Source: Chrysomallon squamiferum (taxonomy: Eukaryota; Animalia; Mollusca). From it: 64,000 bases of DNA. The translations under genes were made by a program, and so were the position numbers. Below, in pieces: positions 27,554 through 43,339 of this stretch; position 1 is the first letter of the stretch, and the number at the start of each line of letters is the position of its first letter. The stretch spans positions 23,126,001 through 23,190,000 of the forward strand of contig CM022665.1 in the NCBI GenBank assembly GCA_012295275.1. Direction: 5' to 3'. Under the pieces are notes generated by a model. It did not search any database, was not told the origin of the DNA, and saw only the letters and a list, made by a program, of their open reading frames with translations.

Positions 27554-28053
27554 GTAAGTTTGTCGTCTGGATAGCCAGTATAATATTCTTTTTTAATTAA
27601 CGTAAACGTATGCAAATATTTATACAAGTTCAACTTCTTCGTTAATAACTGCTCACACGTCGAAATGTTTGTACAGATGGAAGAAATAAATGTATAAAAT
27701 ACATGTAAAAATATTTTGTAGGGTTGTGATAATAAGGAAAAATAAATATAGTTTTAAATATGCATTTGTTTTTGAATCAGTTAAATGTTATGTAAATTTG
27801 CACATACTTAACAATTATTTCGGGAATAATTAATTAAAGATTGATTAGTAATTATAAAAAAAAAATGTCAGTTATAATGACGTTGTAAAAATAATGTATT
27901 AATGTTTAGTATAATTATAATATAATATTAATAATAGCAAATTTAATAAATGTAAAATGTATATATATATTTTTTAATGAAAAAAACTATGGAGTAAAAT
28001 GTTTAAACAATATATATAACTAACATTTCTAGAATATATTTTATTTCATTATG

Positions 28054-28100
<47 letters not shown>

Positions 28101-28529
28101 CAACAACAACAAAAACAACGACAACAGTAATAATACAGCAAATTATTTGAAAATTATTTTATTCTAATTAAATTATAACTGTTCCATAAAAGAAAACACA
28201 TATTTTACTATTTAAAAAGTTCATATTGCAAGTAATTAATATATTATAATATTTTATTATTTTAGTCCAGATTTCATATTATAATTACAAAAGATTTACG
28301 CACAATTTGACCAAATTAAAATTAAAATTAATAACAATAATAATAATAATAATAATTTTGTTCTCTTTTCTAATTTATTATTATTATTATTATTATTTAT
28401 TTATTAACTTTTTTTTTTATTAAATTTGTTTGCATACAGAATCGAAGTGTGAAAACGTAAAACAAACAACAAAGCAAAATAAAATTATAATGAACCCAAA
28501 TGAAAATAAAATTGCAATAGAATAATATT

Positions 28530-28593
<64 letters not shown>

Positions 28594-28952
28594 TAAAATA
28601 ATAATAATAGGAAAACAACAATACGCAAGCGAATAAAGAAATCAGAAAATAAAGTTAGCATTATTAACATATATTTTAAATTAATATTATCAAAATAAAA
28701 TATGAATATTAAAAAAATAAATATATAAATAAATGAATCAGTAAGTAAGTAAGTAAGTAAATAAATAAATAAATAATATTTAATTATAGCATTAAAAAGA
28801 AATTATGAAAATAAATTCTTATTTATTTATTTATTTATTTATTATATTTTATTTCATTTCATTTTATTTTATTTTTACTTTATTTTTATTTTTATTCGAT
28901 TTTATCTCTTTATGTTTATTTATTTATTTACTTATTTATTTATTTAATTAAC

Positions 28953-29007
<55 letters not shown>

Positions 29008-29277
29008 TAACTCACACTGCACTTCGACAAGTCACTTAGAAAACTTAGAAAAATATAAAACAATTTTTAATTTAAAACGATGGATTTATTATAGTCCTAA
29101 AAAATATAAATAAATGAAATGTATTTTATTTTAGAACTATTAATTAGCATGGTCCAGTGTTCTTTAGATTTATTTTGGAATGATAAAATCAAATTATTTT
29201 TTATTTTTTATTTTTATTTTTATTTTTTTATCTTATAGAAAATTATATTTCTAATAATAATAATAATAATGATGATG

Positions 29278-29331
<54 letters not shown>

Positions 29332-29739
29332 GTAATAATAATAGTAGTAGTAATAATAATAATAGTAATAATAGTAATAATAATAATAGTAATAACAATA
29401 ATAATAATAATAGTAATAATAACAATAATAATAATAATAACAGCAAAAACAACATAAACAAAAACAATGTCTTTCTTTCAATGGTTTCATTTTCTATCTT
29501 TTTTTTTTTTTTAATCTCTCTTTCTGTGCATACAAACACACAGACACACAAACATATGCGTGCAGACAGACAAAGGTATATGTACTTTCAGTTCTAGCTA
29601 CCCAGATGTGGTATAAATAATACAGCATACTAATGTTGTTGAGATACCAAACAAATATAATTTTTCTTTAATATTCATCACAGTTTGTGTTGTTGTGAGC
29701 CATCTGAAAACACAAACGTTAATTGATATTATTACATTT

Positions 29740-30700
29740 TCTTCATCCGTGTCTGAGTTTGTTTATCAGACACGTCTATGTTGATTACATTAAGTACGGA
29801 CGGACTAGGCACCGAATGATTTATTATTTAAAAATTCCATACAGTTCGGCCAAAGATGATCAGATTTCCACTGCCGCTTTAACATGAAAGGTCAAGCGAT
29901 TCCAGCGCAATCCACTTGAAGCAGAACCGAAGAGCCCATCAGATGAGGTTTGGTCAAACTCTCTTAATGGATCATAGTCGAAATGAAATTATCCATCGGC
30001 TCTGAGCAATGTCTGCGAAGATAAATCAGCGTCTTTTGCAATATCCATCATTTTTATAACCATATCTTTCCCCAATCTCTCTAAATATTATTTGCAATAG
30101 TCGGTAATTTTCTTTGCGCGGTTCCGGAATCCGCGATTAGATGGCCGGACCCGAGGCGATTCAGTTTTCGCCGAGACAATTTATTACAAGCCGCTACTTG
30201 AATCAGAAGTGGGAAAATTCGGCCATCTTCTCTTCACCCCTCGAATTAAGATGGAAAATTTCTTCATTTTGTCCGATAAATATTTCCAATTATTGACCAA
30301 ATCTTACATGCAGCTTTTATTATTGTTAATAACGGTATATACTGGTTTCAGAATTGAACATTTTTAACAATGAATGTTTTAGTTAGGAGACGATTCCAGT
30401 CAAGAGATGAATTTTAATACCGCGATATGTGCGGTTTCTGCCCGTGGGCTAGAAAAAACTTCAGCAAATATTTTCGGTGTTTGATAATCATCTAAATTCA
30501 AATAGTTAACGCTGCAATTTGCCACAATTCGTTTTGCCCTGCGGATCGGTTTGCTTGTAATAAAGTCCCCCTCATTGAGTCGTTTTCCAGAGCTGAACCT
30601 ATCCTCTTCAGAGAAATTGCCATTAACTGCTTCTTGGCGCCAAGATGTGGTGAATATATTTTGATGAATTAATAAAACTTCTGCATGCCTAGAATGTGTG
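29740..30700. promoter_or_regulatory. High-complexity island with paired YY1/Pho-type motifs
   Basis: AGATGGCCG at 30139-30147 and its reverse complement CGGCCATCT(T) at 30220-30229. NK2-type CCACTTGA at 29912-29919. Confidence 0.45.
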
Positions 30701-32505
30701 CTAACGTTCAAAAAGACAGAACCATGTTGATATTAAACTATGCATGTGTTTATTTTTTATGTATATATTTTTTTCTGTTACTGTGTAATTTGACGTCTAT
30801 CGTTTATATGAAAACATTGATGTTGCTATTTAGTGTAACCTTTACTTCATGTGTCAAAAACATGAAATAGTGGATGCGGGGATAAATATTTATTCATTTA
30901 ATGATCATAAACCTTCTCTTTTTTACATCAGTGATATAAAACAAGAAATTACATTCACAATTTCTGTTTATTTCTCCCTTTTAGGATAATTATTACATGT
31001 TCCTTCTTCCTATCAATAACCAGATATTAATTTATTCAAATATATATATATATATATATTTTTTTTTTTTTATTAATTCGTTTGCTTATTCTTTTATTTA
31101 ACAAATTAATTAGTCACTGGCGAATCAGCTGGTTGTCCACTCCATTAAAGTAAAATGTCACTGGACAACTGGTAGGATTTTAGACTTGTTTAAATAACTG
31201 CGTCAAAACCATCACCGTTTTTCACATCCATAACAAAAACATGAATTTTTACATAACTATACCTGAAGACATGTAGCATTTTTTATTCCTTATTCGTCTA
31301 TTTTTCATTTTAGCATTGTTTTTTCTTGTTTTTACATCCCTTTAAAGACATTAACACATTTTTACAAGCATTTTATGCTGTACTATATCGTGGGAACAAT
31401 TTGGAGCAGACATATATAATAAAATATTTCAAAAATTGTTATAACCCTACCATATGTCTCAGGTTATAGTACATTAACTCTCAACAGTGAATTTTTTTTC
31501 TTTTTCTTTAGTTTCGTGACTACCTTTGCATTAAAAAAAAAAAAAAAAAAAAAAAAGAATTAAATAAAAAAAAAGCCATCTGTTGTATTTGCGCAGCATG
31601 AAGTATACAGTTCAGACTATTGTTTTTGCAATGTTAAATCGCATCTTTAGTTCAACAGGTATTATAACAAATCTATAATAGAACAACACATGTCGATGAT
31701 CAAATTTCGCTAATCGATTAAACAAAAGAATTCTGCGATTATAATATTATTTAGAACTGCAATTCTGCTAGAAGGTGCATTGGAGTAGAGATGCATTTTT
31801 CAATGCACGCATGGTAATTTATGGTTAGAAAGGGGATTCTGAATGCACGTATGAATTTTTAACTATAATATTTCAGAAATGTTTTGTTTTTGTGCTAACA
31901 GTAATTAGATATACTCTGTGATAATAACAGTATTAATTTATATTTGTAATACTTTTGTTTATATATTTTATGACAACTGCCGCTGTTACTGCTGTTACCA
32001 TAGCTTTTACTCTACAACTAACACTGCTAGGCCTCCTGCTGTCTCTGCCACTTTGTTTTGCTGCTACGTCAGTATTATCATTCTGGAACTACTACAACCA
32101 CCACTACAACTACAATTACTACAACTAATCCTAATCACGTTCATGCTGCCACCAATACCACAACCACCACTGCGGCTGTTGCTGCTACTACTAGTACTAG
32201 TACTCCTACGACAACAACAACAACTACTACTACTATAATACTTCTCTTACTACTACTTGTACTATCTGCATATATTATATGAATTTTAGAAAACGACATT
32301 TATTTCTGAAACTTAAAAATTCTAAAATAATTTACTGCGTTGAATTCTGCTTAAAACATTTTTTATAAAAAAAAAATTAAAAAAAGCAAAACACAACAAA
32401 AAAATACAAAGAAAAACCACGACCAGTTCTAAGTATTTAAAAACAGAAAGGAAAGGAAGTAATCAAAAAGCTGACTTTCAAAAAAAAGAGAAAAAGGCAA
32501 TAGAT

Positions 32506-32606
<101 letters not shown>

Positions 32607-33192
32607 AAACAAAGAAATAAAGAAAACAAAAGCAGAATTAAAGAAGGAAAAATAAAGAAAAAGAAAAAATAAAGAAAGAAAAGGTGGAGTAGAATGAAAG
32701 GTGGGAGAGAAAGAAAGAAATGGAAAAAAAAAAATAGAAATGAAAAAAAGGTAAGTTGTAAGAGATCGATGTATGTAACATCAGCGTGTGAGCACGTATT
32801 GAACAGACAGGTAAAGGCGAAGGCAGAATCCGCAAGGGAGACAGATATCCGTTTTAAAGGTCGATAATAACATTAATAAGTAAGCAGTCTATCATTCCAT
32901 AGCGACAAGAAAGAAGCGGGCCGAACACTGATACCAGCAAACTGTGAACCGGATTCTGTCCGGGCCAAACAGTCATCAATGTTTAATGTAGGTGTAATGA
33001 GATATAAAGCAAGAAAAAGAAACATACCAGGAGTCAGAAGTCTTCGTTTTTAATTTGCTCTTATTTATTTATTTATTTATTTATTTACTGCTATGGCTAA
33101 AGCGACTACGTCTTTTTCGACTTCTTAAAGTACTGAAGTACAGCTGAATTATTGTTATCAATATTGTTGTTGTTTTCTTTATTTTTGTTTTC

Positions 33193-33321
33193 TTTTCTTA
33201 AATTTTCTAATTTTTTTATAGTCTTTTAATTAATTAATTTATTTATTTATTTATCTGTTCTTTTTTATTTTATTTTTATTTTCTTAAATTTTCCATTTTT
33301 TATAGTCTTTTAATTAATTTA

Positions 33322-33354
<33 letters not shown>

Positions 33355-33386
33355 TTTTATTTTCTATTTTTTTATAGTCATTTAAT

Positions 33387-33425
<39 letters not shown>

Positions 33426-33430
33426 TTTTT
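33193..33430. repeat. Degenerate triple tandem duplication (~80-bp unit)
   Basis: The unit TTTTC(T/C)A-Tn-ATAGTC(T/A)TTTAATT followed by (ATTT)n occurs three times. Confidence 0.7.
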
Positions 33431-33880
33431 TTGGCCAGAAACGCTAAACGTTGAAATAGTGACGAGAAGACAGTATGCTGAATGTTTTTGTTTTATTTTC
33501 CTTTTTTATTTTTTGTAATAGAGAGCAGCCAAGCGAAAAAAAAAATATGCTAAGAGTTATTTCCTGTTTACGAGAATTCTTCTTTCTAAAGAAAAACCAA
33601 AATTTTTAATATAATCTTCATGTGGTTATGATTTTGTTACACAACATAGTTGAAATCATATACTGTAAAGTCTTCTTCTTCTTCTTATTATTATTATCTT
33701 CATCATCATCATCACAGTCGTTGTTGTTGTTGTCGTGTTTTTAAAATAAATATAACAGCTTTTCTTTCTGGTCTGTTCACATGATAAAGAAAACATGATA
33801 CTGAAGTAGTTTTCTTAAACATTCCGGTTAAACAGTTTCATTTCGCGAACTATTTATCTATCAGTCTGTCTGTCTATCTG

Positions 33881-33939
<59 letters not shown>

Positions 33940-33968
33940 GTCTACCTGTCTACCTGTCTTTCTATCTG

Positions 33969-34000
<32 letters not shown>

Positions 34001-34904
34001 CCTGTCTATCTATTTATTTATTTATCTATCTATCTTTTATCTATTGACTTTTCATTTATTTATTTTCTTATTTATTTATTTATTTATCCATCTCTTTATT
34101 TATTTACATACTAAATTATTCACTTATTCATTTATTTTTATCTATCTACCTATCTATCTATCTAGTTACCTACCTACCTACCTACCTACCTACCTACCTA
34201 CCTACCTATCTATCTATATATCTATTTATCTGTCTATCGACTTACTTAATTATTCACTTTTTCATTTATTCGTTTGTTTACTTACTTACTTATTTACTGA
34301 TCAAATGCGTTTATTAGCTCATTACTGTCGTGCACCGAATTAATTGTAAACAGAGGAAAAGCGAGTTAAAAACAACTTTTTACCATCTGGTTTTCACTCG
34401 AACTGCAAGCCTGCTGATGAAATGCGGTGAAGCAGCTTTGATGGCTGTACACCATTCTGTAAACATTTCAGTAAGTAATTGGGCAACATTTAAATGACAT
34501 GACAAAATACGCGGATATGCCACGACTCGGCGATCCTGTGTCAATCAAGCCGCAATTGCAAATTTTTACTTGCTCAGCTGTTATTACGGACAACTAGTTT
34601 TAGACATGCTGTTTGCAATGAAAACATCAACACTCCCCGGGCACGCAGAACGTAATACTCTAAATAAGCTTTCACTCATTTTCCACAAATGATACCTTAA
34701 GAAAAATAAAACTGTGGCGACAGAATTCTTTATGAAGCGGAAATGTTGGCTTATTTCTGGTGTTGGTTTTTATTTTTTTTTTTTTTTTTTTTTTTTTTTT
34801 GCAGGACCCTAAATTGAGGCACCTGTCTAGAGCGGGATATATATACTGATAGCCTTAACATTAACTGCTAATCTGGCTAATTGTTTTCATAATAATGATT
34901 ACTG

Positions 34905-34952
<48 letters not shown>

Positions 34953-35118
34953 TCGCTTTTTTTCCGTATAAAGAAAAAGAAAAAGAAAAAAAAAAGAAAG
35001 AAAGAAAGAAAATTAAACTGAGAAACGTAATAAAATTACATAAACAAATTTATATCCCCGCCTTATTAATGTATGCATTTTCACAATATTTTACAATTTT
35101 TAAATAAGAAATAGCAAC

Positions 35119-35239
<121 letters not shown>

Positions 35240-36199
35240 ACTACTTTTAAAAAAAATTCTATATTAACAAATAATATATTTATTGGACAAATAATATATA
35301 AAAAAAGCAAATCAATGAATAAACAAATTAATTTCAGATTTTTAAGAATAAAAGTACTTTTGTGAATGTTGTTGATGATGATGTCTGTAAGAAAGCTTTG
35401 TACTATTAATTTATTAGACAACCGCTGTAACATAACCGAAAAAAATAAAAAATATAAAACAAAATATAAAAAATTCAAAATTAATTACCAAAAAATTACT
35501 AGTACCGTAAAACGTGTATCCACCTTTTATGTTCAAACACAATAAATACAGTACGATATTAACGATTTATAAATAATTAACAATAACCTCTGTGCTAATT
35601 TCACAAGAAGGTGTTGAATTAGTGTCTTTTCTTTTCTATGTCATTTGTTTCAGTTATTAAAATCATTAAGAATGCTTTGTTTCTCAGCGGTTCTATTGAA
35701 ATACTATTACAATTTGCCATTTCCTTTGTTAATCAGCATCTTTTATTAATGCTGTTTAATTTTATTATTTCAATTTTCTAATTATTACTTTATATTTTTC
35801 ATAGTTTGTTACAATTTTGCGTTTTTGTGTTTGATTAGAAACCACACCGAGGGAATAATAAAGATAATAAACATTTATATATACATACACATACATATGC
35901 ACACACATTAATAATTATTATTTTAATATATATATATATATATATATGCATTATAAAACTGACACTGTTTAATGCAATAAACTAAATACAGCTCAAATTT
36001 CTTTAATAGTGCAAATCCAACAATTCTCTGAAATAAGAATAAATATTTGGAAAGAGTGTTTCAGCATCCAGCTATCATATATTTTCACATATGTACACAA
36101 ATATACTTGGTGTAACTTTAGCAAAAAAAAAGCATGGCATCCAGATATACGGCAATGCAAGTGTTAGTGTTTGATATCATTATAAATATACGTCTGAGA

Positions 36200-37520
36200 A
36201 CAATTCCCAAGAAATGAGCCCAGTAGCAAGAAAATCTGACACAGGAAGTTTCTAATCACAAGGAAGCGTTACAAATCTTTTCAAATAACTTCAGATGCTT
36301 TGAGATTTTCTCGGCCAGCCTTAAAGAGCTGCTATGAAAACTATTATGTCTGACACGAGTTCTTGTCTCTTTGATTTGATGATTCGGTTCATCTTCCGCC
36401 AATGTTGATACTGTTTAATGCAATATGTTTTGTCAACATCTCCAGTTAAAACGCCGGCTGCTACAGCGAGGTCTTTAATAACACGCAGCATTCACGGCGA
36501 CTGCAAGAAGCCCCGAAGCACTGATAGAGAAGACGTACAAGTAGGGAGGAGTTCAGAGCTGAAATTAATATTTGAATTATATTCAGTTTGTAGATGGAGC
36601 AAAAATATTTACCAACCGCACTCAAAGAAGAGAGAAGCAGCACAAATACTCGGTTTTTTGTTTATTTTTTATTTATTTAATTTATTTGATTGTTTTCAAT
36701 CGAGCTGAACGATTTCATGTATATGAACCCGTCTCAATGTAGTCACTTTTGTTTCTCTCTCTTGTCTGTTCCATATGATTGAATACACACACACACATAC
36801 ACACGCACACACGCACACACACGGAACAGAAAAGAGAGAGAAACAAAAGTGTCTACGTCCTACTTTATAACGACAGATCAACAACTGTTCTAAACAGCTT
36901 GTAGAAGATCTTTGACGCAATGGCTTTTCAGTGACTGTGCGAAAGACGCAGTTTCTTTGAGACGGGTACATAACTATCATGAAGAGCACTTGAAAACAGA
37001 AACCAGCTGAACTCACGAAAAACAAGTTATTGTACACACCCAACAAGTGTCACTATGCAAGAGTCAATATTTCTCGAGGCAATATACGCAGAAATGATAA
37101 TATTTTTGCGATTATATGCTATAATAAAACAGCCATCGCTTTTAAAAGCCCATTAAAAGAAATGTCTTATTTCGTCAGTACGCTGCGTGACGGCTGGACA
37201 TGCCCCAAGGGAACACTGGGCATAACGCTTAGGATAAATACCGAAGAAACTTCGAGAGCCGTTTTCAACAATATAACCCCGTGGTCTCATATTCCTGACA
37301 GAAAAAATACAGCCTGTCAGAATTTAATATCAAAATTATCCTAAAGCAAGCAAACTGTGAATGACAAGTTTTGAGTATCACACCCTGGTGTCGTATATCG
37401 CAAATAATGCAACAGAACGTGTATGTACCCGGTTGACTCTATCCGTGACATGAACAACTGTAACAAACAACTACTGCGCTGGAATGGAAAGACAGTTTTG
37501 GCCATACAGTTACTGTATAA
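36200..37520. promoter_or_regulatory. Extended high-complexity island, candidate regulatory region
   Basis: About 1.3 kb of largely unique CpG-containing sequence interrupted only by a short (AC)n run. Overlapping short ORFs on both strands have no recognisable similarity. Confidence 0.35.
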
Positions 37521-38370
37521 CGAATGTATTACTGGTTTTTTCTGAAGTATTTATTTAGTACTTAAAAAAGATATTTCTATATAAAAATAATAAAAGTAAT
37601 AACTTTGAAGAAATAGCATTGAAAGAGTCACTTTTTGTTTTAATTTATAGAAGTATAAACACCATATGAGATATCATGATCAGACTTAGAAAATATAAAA
37701 ATACAGATTGTCAGTTAGCTGAGTCTGGAGTTTACCATGTTATTTTTTTTACTGTTATAAATCGAAGTGACTGTTTTAATTTGAGGATTAGTTGTTATCT
37801 GCTTGGCTCAGAGTCCAACACTGCTCTTTGTGACATGGCAGTTGTAGTATTGACACAAAATCTTTATTTTGAGTTTACACAGAAAGTTATATGATGTGGA
37901 GTATTTGATTTGGTGTGCAGACATGAACCGTGGCTCTAGATGTATACAGATGTCAGATATCTGATCAATGACGAATAAATGGCGACAGGATATGCTCAGC
38001 TGAACTGAAATTCAAACGTATGGATCATGATTGCCCGCTGAAAGCCAACACATCTGAAATGAAAAGAGGTAGAACACAAACGTAATCACTGTGAAATGTC
38101 AAGAGGTTTTAACTTAATTGTATTCAGATCCGTGATTGTGTTCATCAGATATATTAAAGACATATCCACTAATTGAATCGATTTTTAACTTCCTGGGAAC
38201 AACGGCCAAAAAGCATTCATTTTTGTTTAACTTCAATTAAGACGGCTTTTAACAGTCTTAAAAACAAATCGGCGTAAGTCCTGCCAAAGTAAATGTTACC
38301 GATGAAATGACTATTAAATTCAAAAGATGAAAGATCGCTAATGTAAAATTATAAACCCATATTTATGAGA

Positions 38371-38401
<31 letters not shown>

Positions 38402-38549
38402 TGTATGTATGTATTTATTTATTTTTTGTATAGATAGAGGGATGTATAAAACAGGCCATATGTATGATTTGATATTTTAGTGAGTATTTTTATGTATTTA
38501 TTTCATTAAGGAACAATAACAGTAACAACAACAACCGTACTAATACAGT

Positions 38550-38590
<41 letters not shown>

Positions 38591-39993
38591 CTGTCTCATA
38601 CAATTAATATTAAAGGTTTTCTTTAATGTAATTATCAATAGCACATATGTTGTAACTATACCTATGGGCTCGGCTGCTTTAATTTATCTTTATGTGCATA
38701 TGTTGCACAGCTTTTGTTTTCTGGATCAGTTATAAACACTAGTTTTCATTTTTCATTCATGTATTTAGTATACTAATACCACGCAATTACCAGTCTGTCT
38801 TCCTCTCTTTTTTATTATTATCTTAAATATGTTTATTATTTTATTTTTTTTCGCATTGGAATAATTATTTTTGTTTAGAATTTCCATTGAATTTTATTAA
38901 ACTTAATCGGTTATATTGTCTCACATATTTCATTTTGTTTAACTTTACTTTTACGTCTGTAAATCTTATCAACAAATGTGTTTTGTTGTTATATCAGTGT
39001 TACATGTTCACGCATAAACAAACAATAATACATATATATATATACATACATACACGCACACACACGCATACACACAGACACCAAGACACACATATATACA
39101 CGCATAATACATAACTAGAAGCATAATATATTTACAAACATATACACACGTTAGCTAGATAAAGAAACAAATGCAGAAAGACACACTGAAAGAAGACAGA
39201 TACATGGATAGACCGAATAACAGATTTTATATATCTATATCTATATATATATAGATATGTATGTATGTATGTATGTATATTTAAACTCATTCAACCCCGA
39301 AATATATCTTCCATTAAAAATAAACCTCTTTTAGGTGTCATTTAACTTGTATGGAAGGGGAAAATAATGAAACGGAAGAAGAAAGGAATATGTCAGTCAA
39401 GCATATCAACTTCGTAGTCATATTTAAAAGCCTGTTTCTGAGCTCAGTGTATTATGTTTCACCATACCGCAATCTATAGAGGTTTCATATAATAAACACG
39501 TCCATCACCAAACCATTTTTCTGTGAAATAAGCCAGGCAAAACGAACCTATTATAGACTCACATCAACAATCGATAGACATTGTGAATATAGCCATTCAC
39601 TTACTTTCGATTATTAATTGACTCTGGAAAACGAACCACAAGGAAAAAAAAAAATATGTATATACTGAAGGGAAAGAATATCGTGAATAATATTGCATAC
39701 AATAGATCGCTAATATTATTTTACATTTTATAATTCACATAAGTTTTTTTTTTTCATCCTCTTAGTATACTCAGTATGAATTTTCATTTATTTTTAACGC
39801 TCTGCTCGCATAACGCAGAATGTTGTTAGCTTTTCAGAAATTATAAAACTAACACGATAAGGTCGAATGAAGTCGGAAATCTTTGTACTCTGTATACCCT
39901 TTTTAACGTTACTTTATTTTCATCGTAAATTATTGATTGTAAATATAGATAAAGTTATTTCTGTTTCACTTAATAATAATAATAATAATAGTA

Positions 39994-40038
<45 letters not shown>

Positions 40039-40127
40039 TTGGTAATAATGATAATATTATTAAGTTGATGATAAATAAAATTAAAATGTTATTATTATTA
40101 ATTTTATGGATGTTGTTCCTGTTGTTA

Positions 40128-40158
<31 letters not shown>

Positions 40159-40159
40159 G

Positions 40160-40222
<63 letters not shown>

Positions 40223-41387
40223 GAAGTTCTTATGCTGTTATTTTAAATATCGGGTTTCCTTCAAAAATCGATCCGTTTAAAACAATATAATAAATAAGTA
40301 AATAAATAAATAAAGAAAGAAAGAAAGAAAGAAAAAAGAAAGAAAGAAGGAAAAGAAACTAAAATTTTTAAATATTATTAATAGAATTTGTAACAATTTA
40401 CAAGAAAAGAATGTAGACAACTTAAATACAGTAACTGAATAATTTTTTAAAATAAATCAGTACTGTAGCAGCAGTACTAATAAATATTACATTTTAAATC
40501 TGTGTCTGGAACGGGAGATTAGATTTCAACACCCGATCATTTCTCTAACATACGATATATTTAGCTCGAGATCTGTAAGCCTTCAACGGTCCAGAAAGTA
40601 AGATTAAAAATCTTATCTCGAGTTTTTCCTGCGAATGTATCTATGTCTTGGGAGTTCGCCAGCGCGTTAATATTACATCATTGCATGTTACTTCGGCAGT
40701 TTACGTGAATGGGTTTGGAAACACGAGTAAATAAGTTAAAGGTTAATGAGTTTTTGATGTTCTTTTTTGTTACTTTGACAAATTATACATGTTAATGAAG
40801 CATCAAAGTACATAGATATATAAAATATATAATGAATTATAAATAAATAAATAAATAAATAAATAAAATAAAATAAAATAAAATAAAATAAAGAATAAAT
40901 ACAACCACTACTAATAAATAAATAAATAAGTAAATGAAATAATATAAACATTAAAAATAAACGCTATTAATAAATAAGTAAATTAATAAATAAATAAATA
41001 AAATAAAATAAATAATAAACAAAACAGGTATGTAACCAAACAAATAAACAAACAAACAAACAAATAAATAAATAAATAAATAAATCAGTACATTCGGATT
41101 ATTATTATTTTGGCAATAAAATTTAATATAAATGAATTTAAATTAAGGTTAGAAACCCCCAGAAATTATAATTATGTGATATTTTGATCTCACTTTAACT
41201 ACGCTGAGTGACTATTATCTGTATTAGTTATAAGACAAAACATTTCATTTTGGTTAAAGGATTACAAAAATATAGGTAATTATTTTCTTTTTAGATATTT
41301 TATTATAACATGATTATTTTGTCCAACAACTGACATCAAAACAACAGTAACAAGAACTAATGATGATGATGATAATAATAATAATAC

Positions 41388-41428
<41 letters not shown>

Positions 41429-43300
41429 ATCATCATCAGCATTATTGTTGTTGTTGTTGTTGTTGCTGTTGTTAATGTTGTTCTCGTACTTCTACTTTTT
41501 TTTCTTCTACTTTCCATTTCTGACCTTCACGTCGTATCAGTTAACATCTCCTCTCAGTGTTGTCGTGTTTATTCTTGTTTCTTGTTGTTGTTCATCATCT
41601 TACTTAAGTCACGACATGGCGTACGTCAAACACACATCCTTACATAATACATTTCAGAGAAAATGAACTGCGAGTTATCACTTGGCAAATTCATTCAATT
41701 TCGTTACATATAAACGTTTAATTTCCGTAACGTTTTCTTCTCTTATATTTTTTTATTACTCTTTTCTTTTTCATCTTTTTGTTTTAATATTCATTTTTCT
41801 TTTCTTTCATTTTTTTTCTTCTTTTTTTTTTTCTTTTTCATTTTTTAATTTAATAGATAGAATCTCATTTATTTTTCATTAAAAGTGTAAGTTCAGTTCG
41901 ATACTGAATTTGTTTAAAAGTTGAGGATATATATATATAAACATTGCTAGCTGTATTTTGTCTCTAAAAATAAAATACTACTACTACTACTAATAATAAT
42001 TGTAAAAATTATTTAAAAAAAAAAAAATAATAAAAATAGTCAATAGCGGCTGGTTCAAAAATGTTTGTTGTTGACAGCAATAGTATAGTAGGGATGCCGG
42101 GAACGCGATGTTGCTGAAATGACGAGGCAATTGTAGTCGTAATGATGATTGGAGGTATTAACTTTTCATCGTACTGACATGATATTAAAATACGTTATTT
42201 CAGTTTCGATTCGTTGGTGTTATTATCATACCATTATGTACCAGTATAGTTCTAGGTTCTAGGGGTAGCGGAGTGCATACGGAGAAAATTGGCGGGATAA
42301 TTGTGCGTTTCGTGTCAAACGCTGGTATATAGATTTGATTGGACGACAGCAAACGCTTATCAGCAACATACATCATAATATTATATGATTAAATGTATTT
42401 ATATACATATATATATATATGCATACTTGAGTGTGCTCGTGTGCACATGTGCGCTGAAATCGAATAATTTATTTACATGTATGTATGTGTGTGTATATGT
42501 ATATATGTATTTGGACACGTACGTGTTTGTGTGTGTGGTCTGTATATGCATACATATACATAAAACAGATTAGTTTATAAAATGCATTACTACAGTACGT
42601 AATCAAATATATATTTGTGTCTGAGTGCCTACACATACGAACGAATACATACATACTTACATACATACTTACATACATAAACAAACAGACAACTGAAGCA
42701 CCAACAAGAGCAGCACCGATTATTCAAATAAATTGTCATAACGAATTATTATTCATAACTGCTTCCAAAATGCTTTTTTTTCAGTAATTGTTCTAATGTA
42801 CTACTATCATTTTAATTGTAATTTATTTTGTTAAATTAATAATCGAATATGGCTTACCAGCCACCCACAGTCCAGCAGTGCGTCTATGCGGCTCGAAGCG
42901 GGCTCAAAGAGCTATAACTTTACATATTCTGATTGATACAAATAGACGGCTTGCGTGTTGCATAACGCTCCGCATGTGTCTTCATTTCCTCTCGAGATTT
43001 TTCGGAGATTAGAAAACATTTGAGGATATGAACATCAGTTTTAAGATTTGATTAAGTCTGTATGCATTAAAGAGTAAATATTAGTTAGTAACAGAAAACA
43101 GATGCTAAATAATTATAGATACATGTGTGTATGTGTATATATATATATATATACATATATACATACATATGCAGACAGATACATAGTGACATATATAAAT
43201 GCTGAAAAATATATGAATGTATGTATGGGTATACGGATGAGTGTGTGTGTGTGTGTGTGTATATATAGAAATTCACGAACTTGAATGTATGGCTGGTTAC

Positions 43301-43339
<39 letters not shown>

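Noticed and set aside
31389-31396. Su(H)/CSL site CGTGGGAA
   Set aside because: Single unpaired 8-mer outside the main islands; not distinguishable from chance.
36418-37344. Overlapping ~100-aa ORFs on both strands
   Set aside because: No homology signal, they run into simple repeats, and no consistent strand or exon structure.
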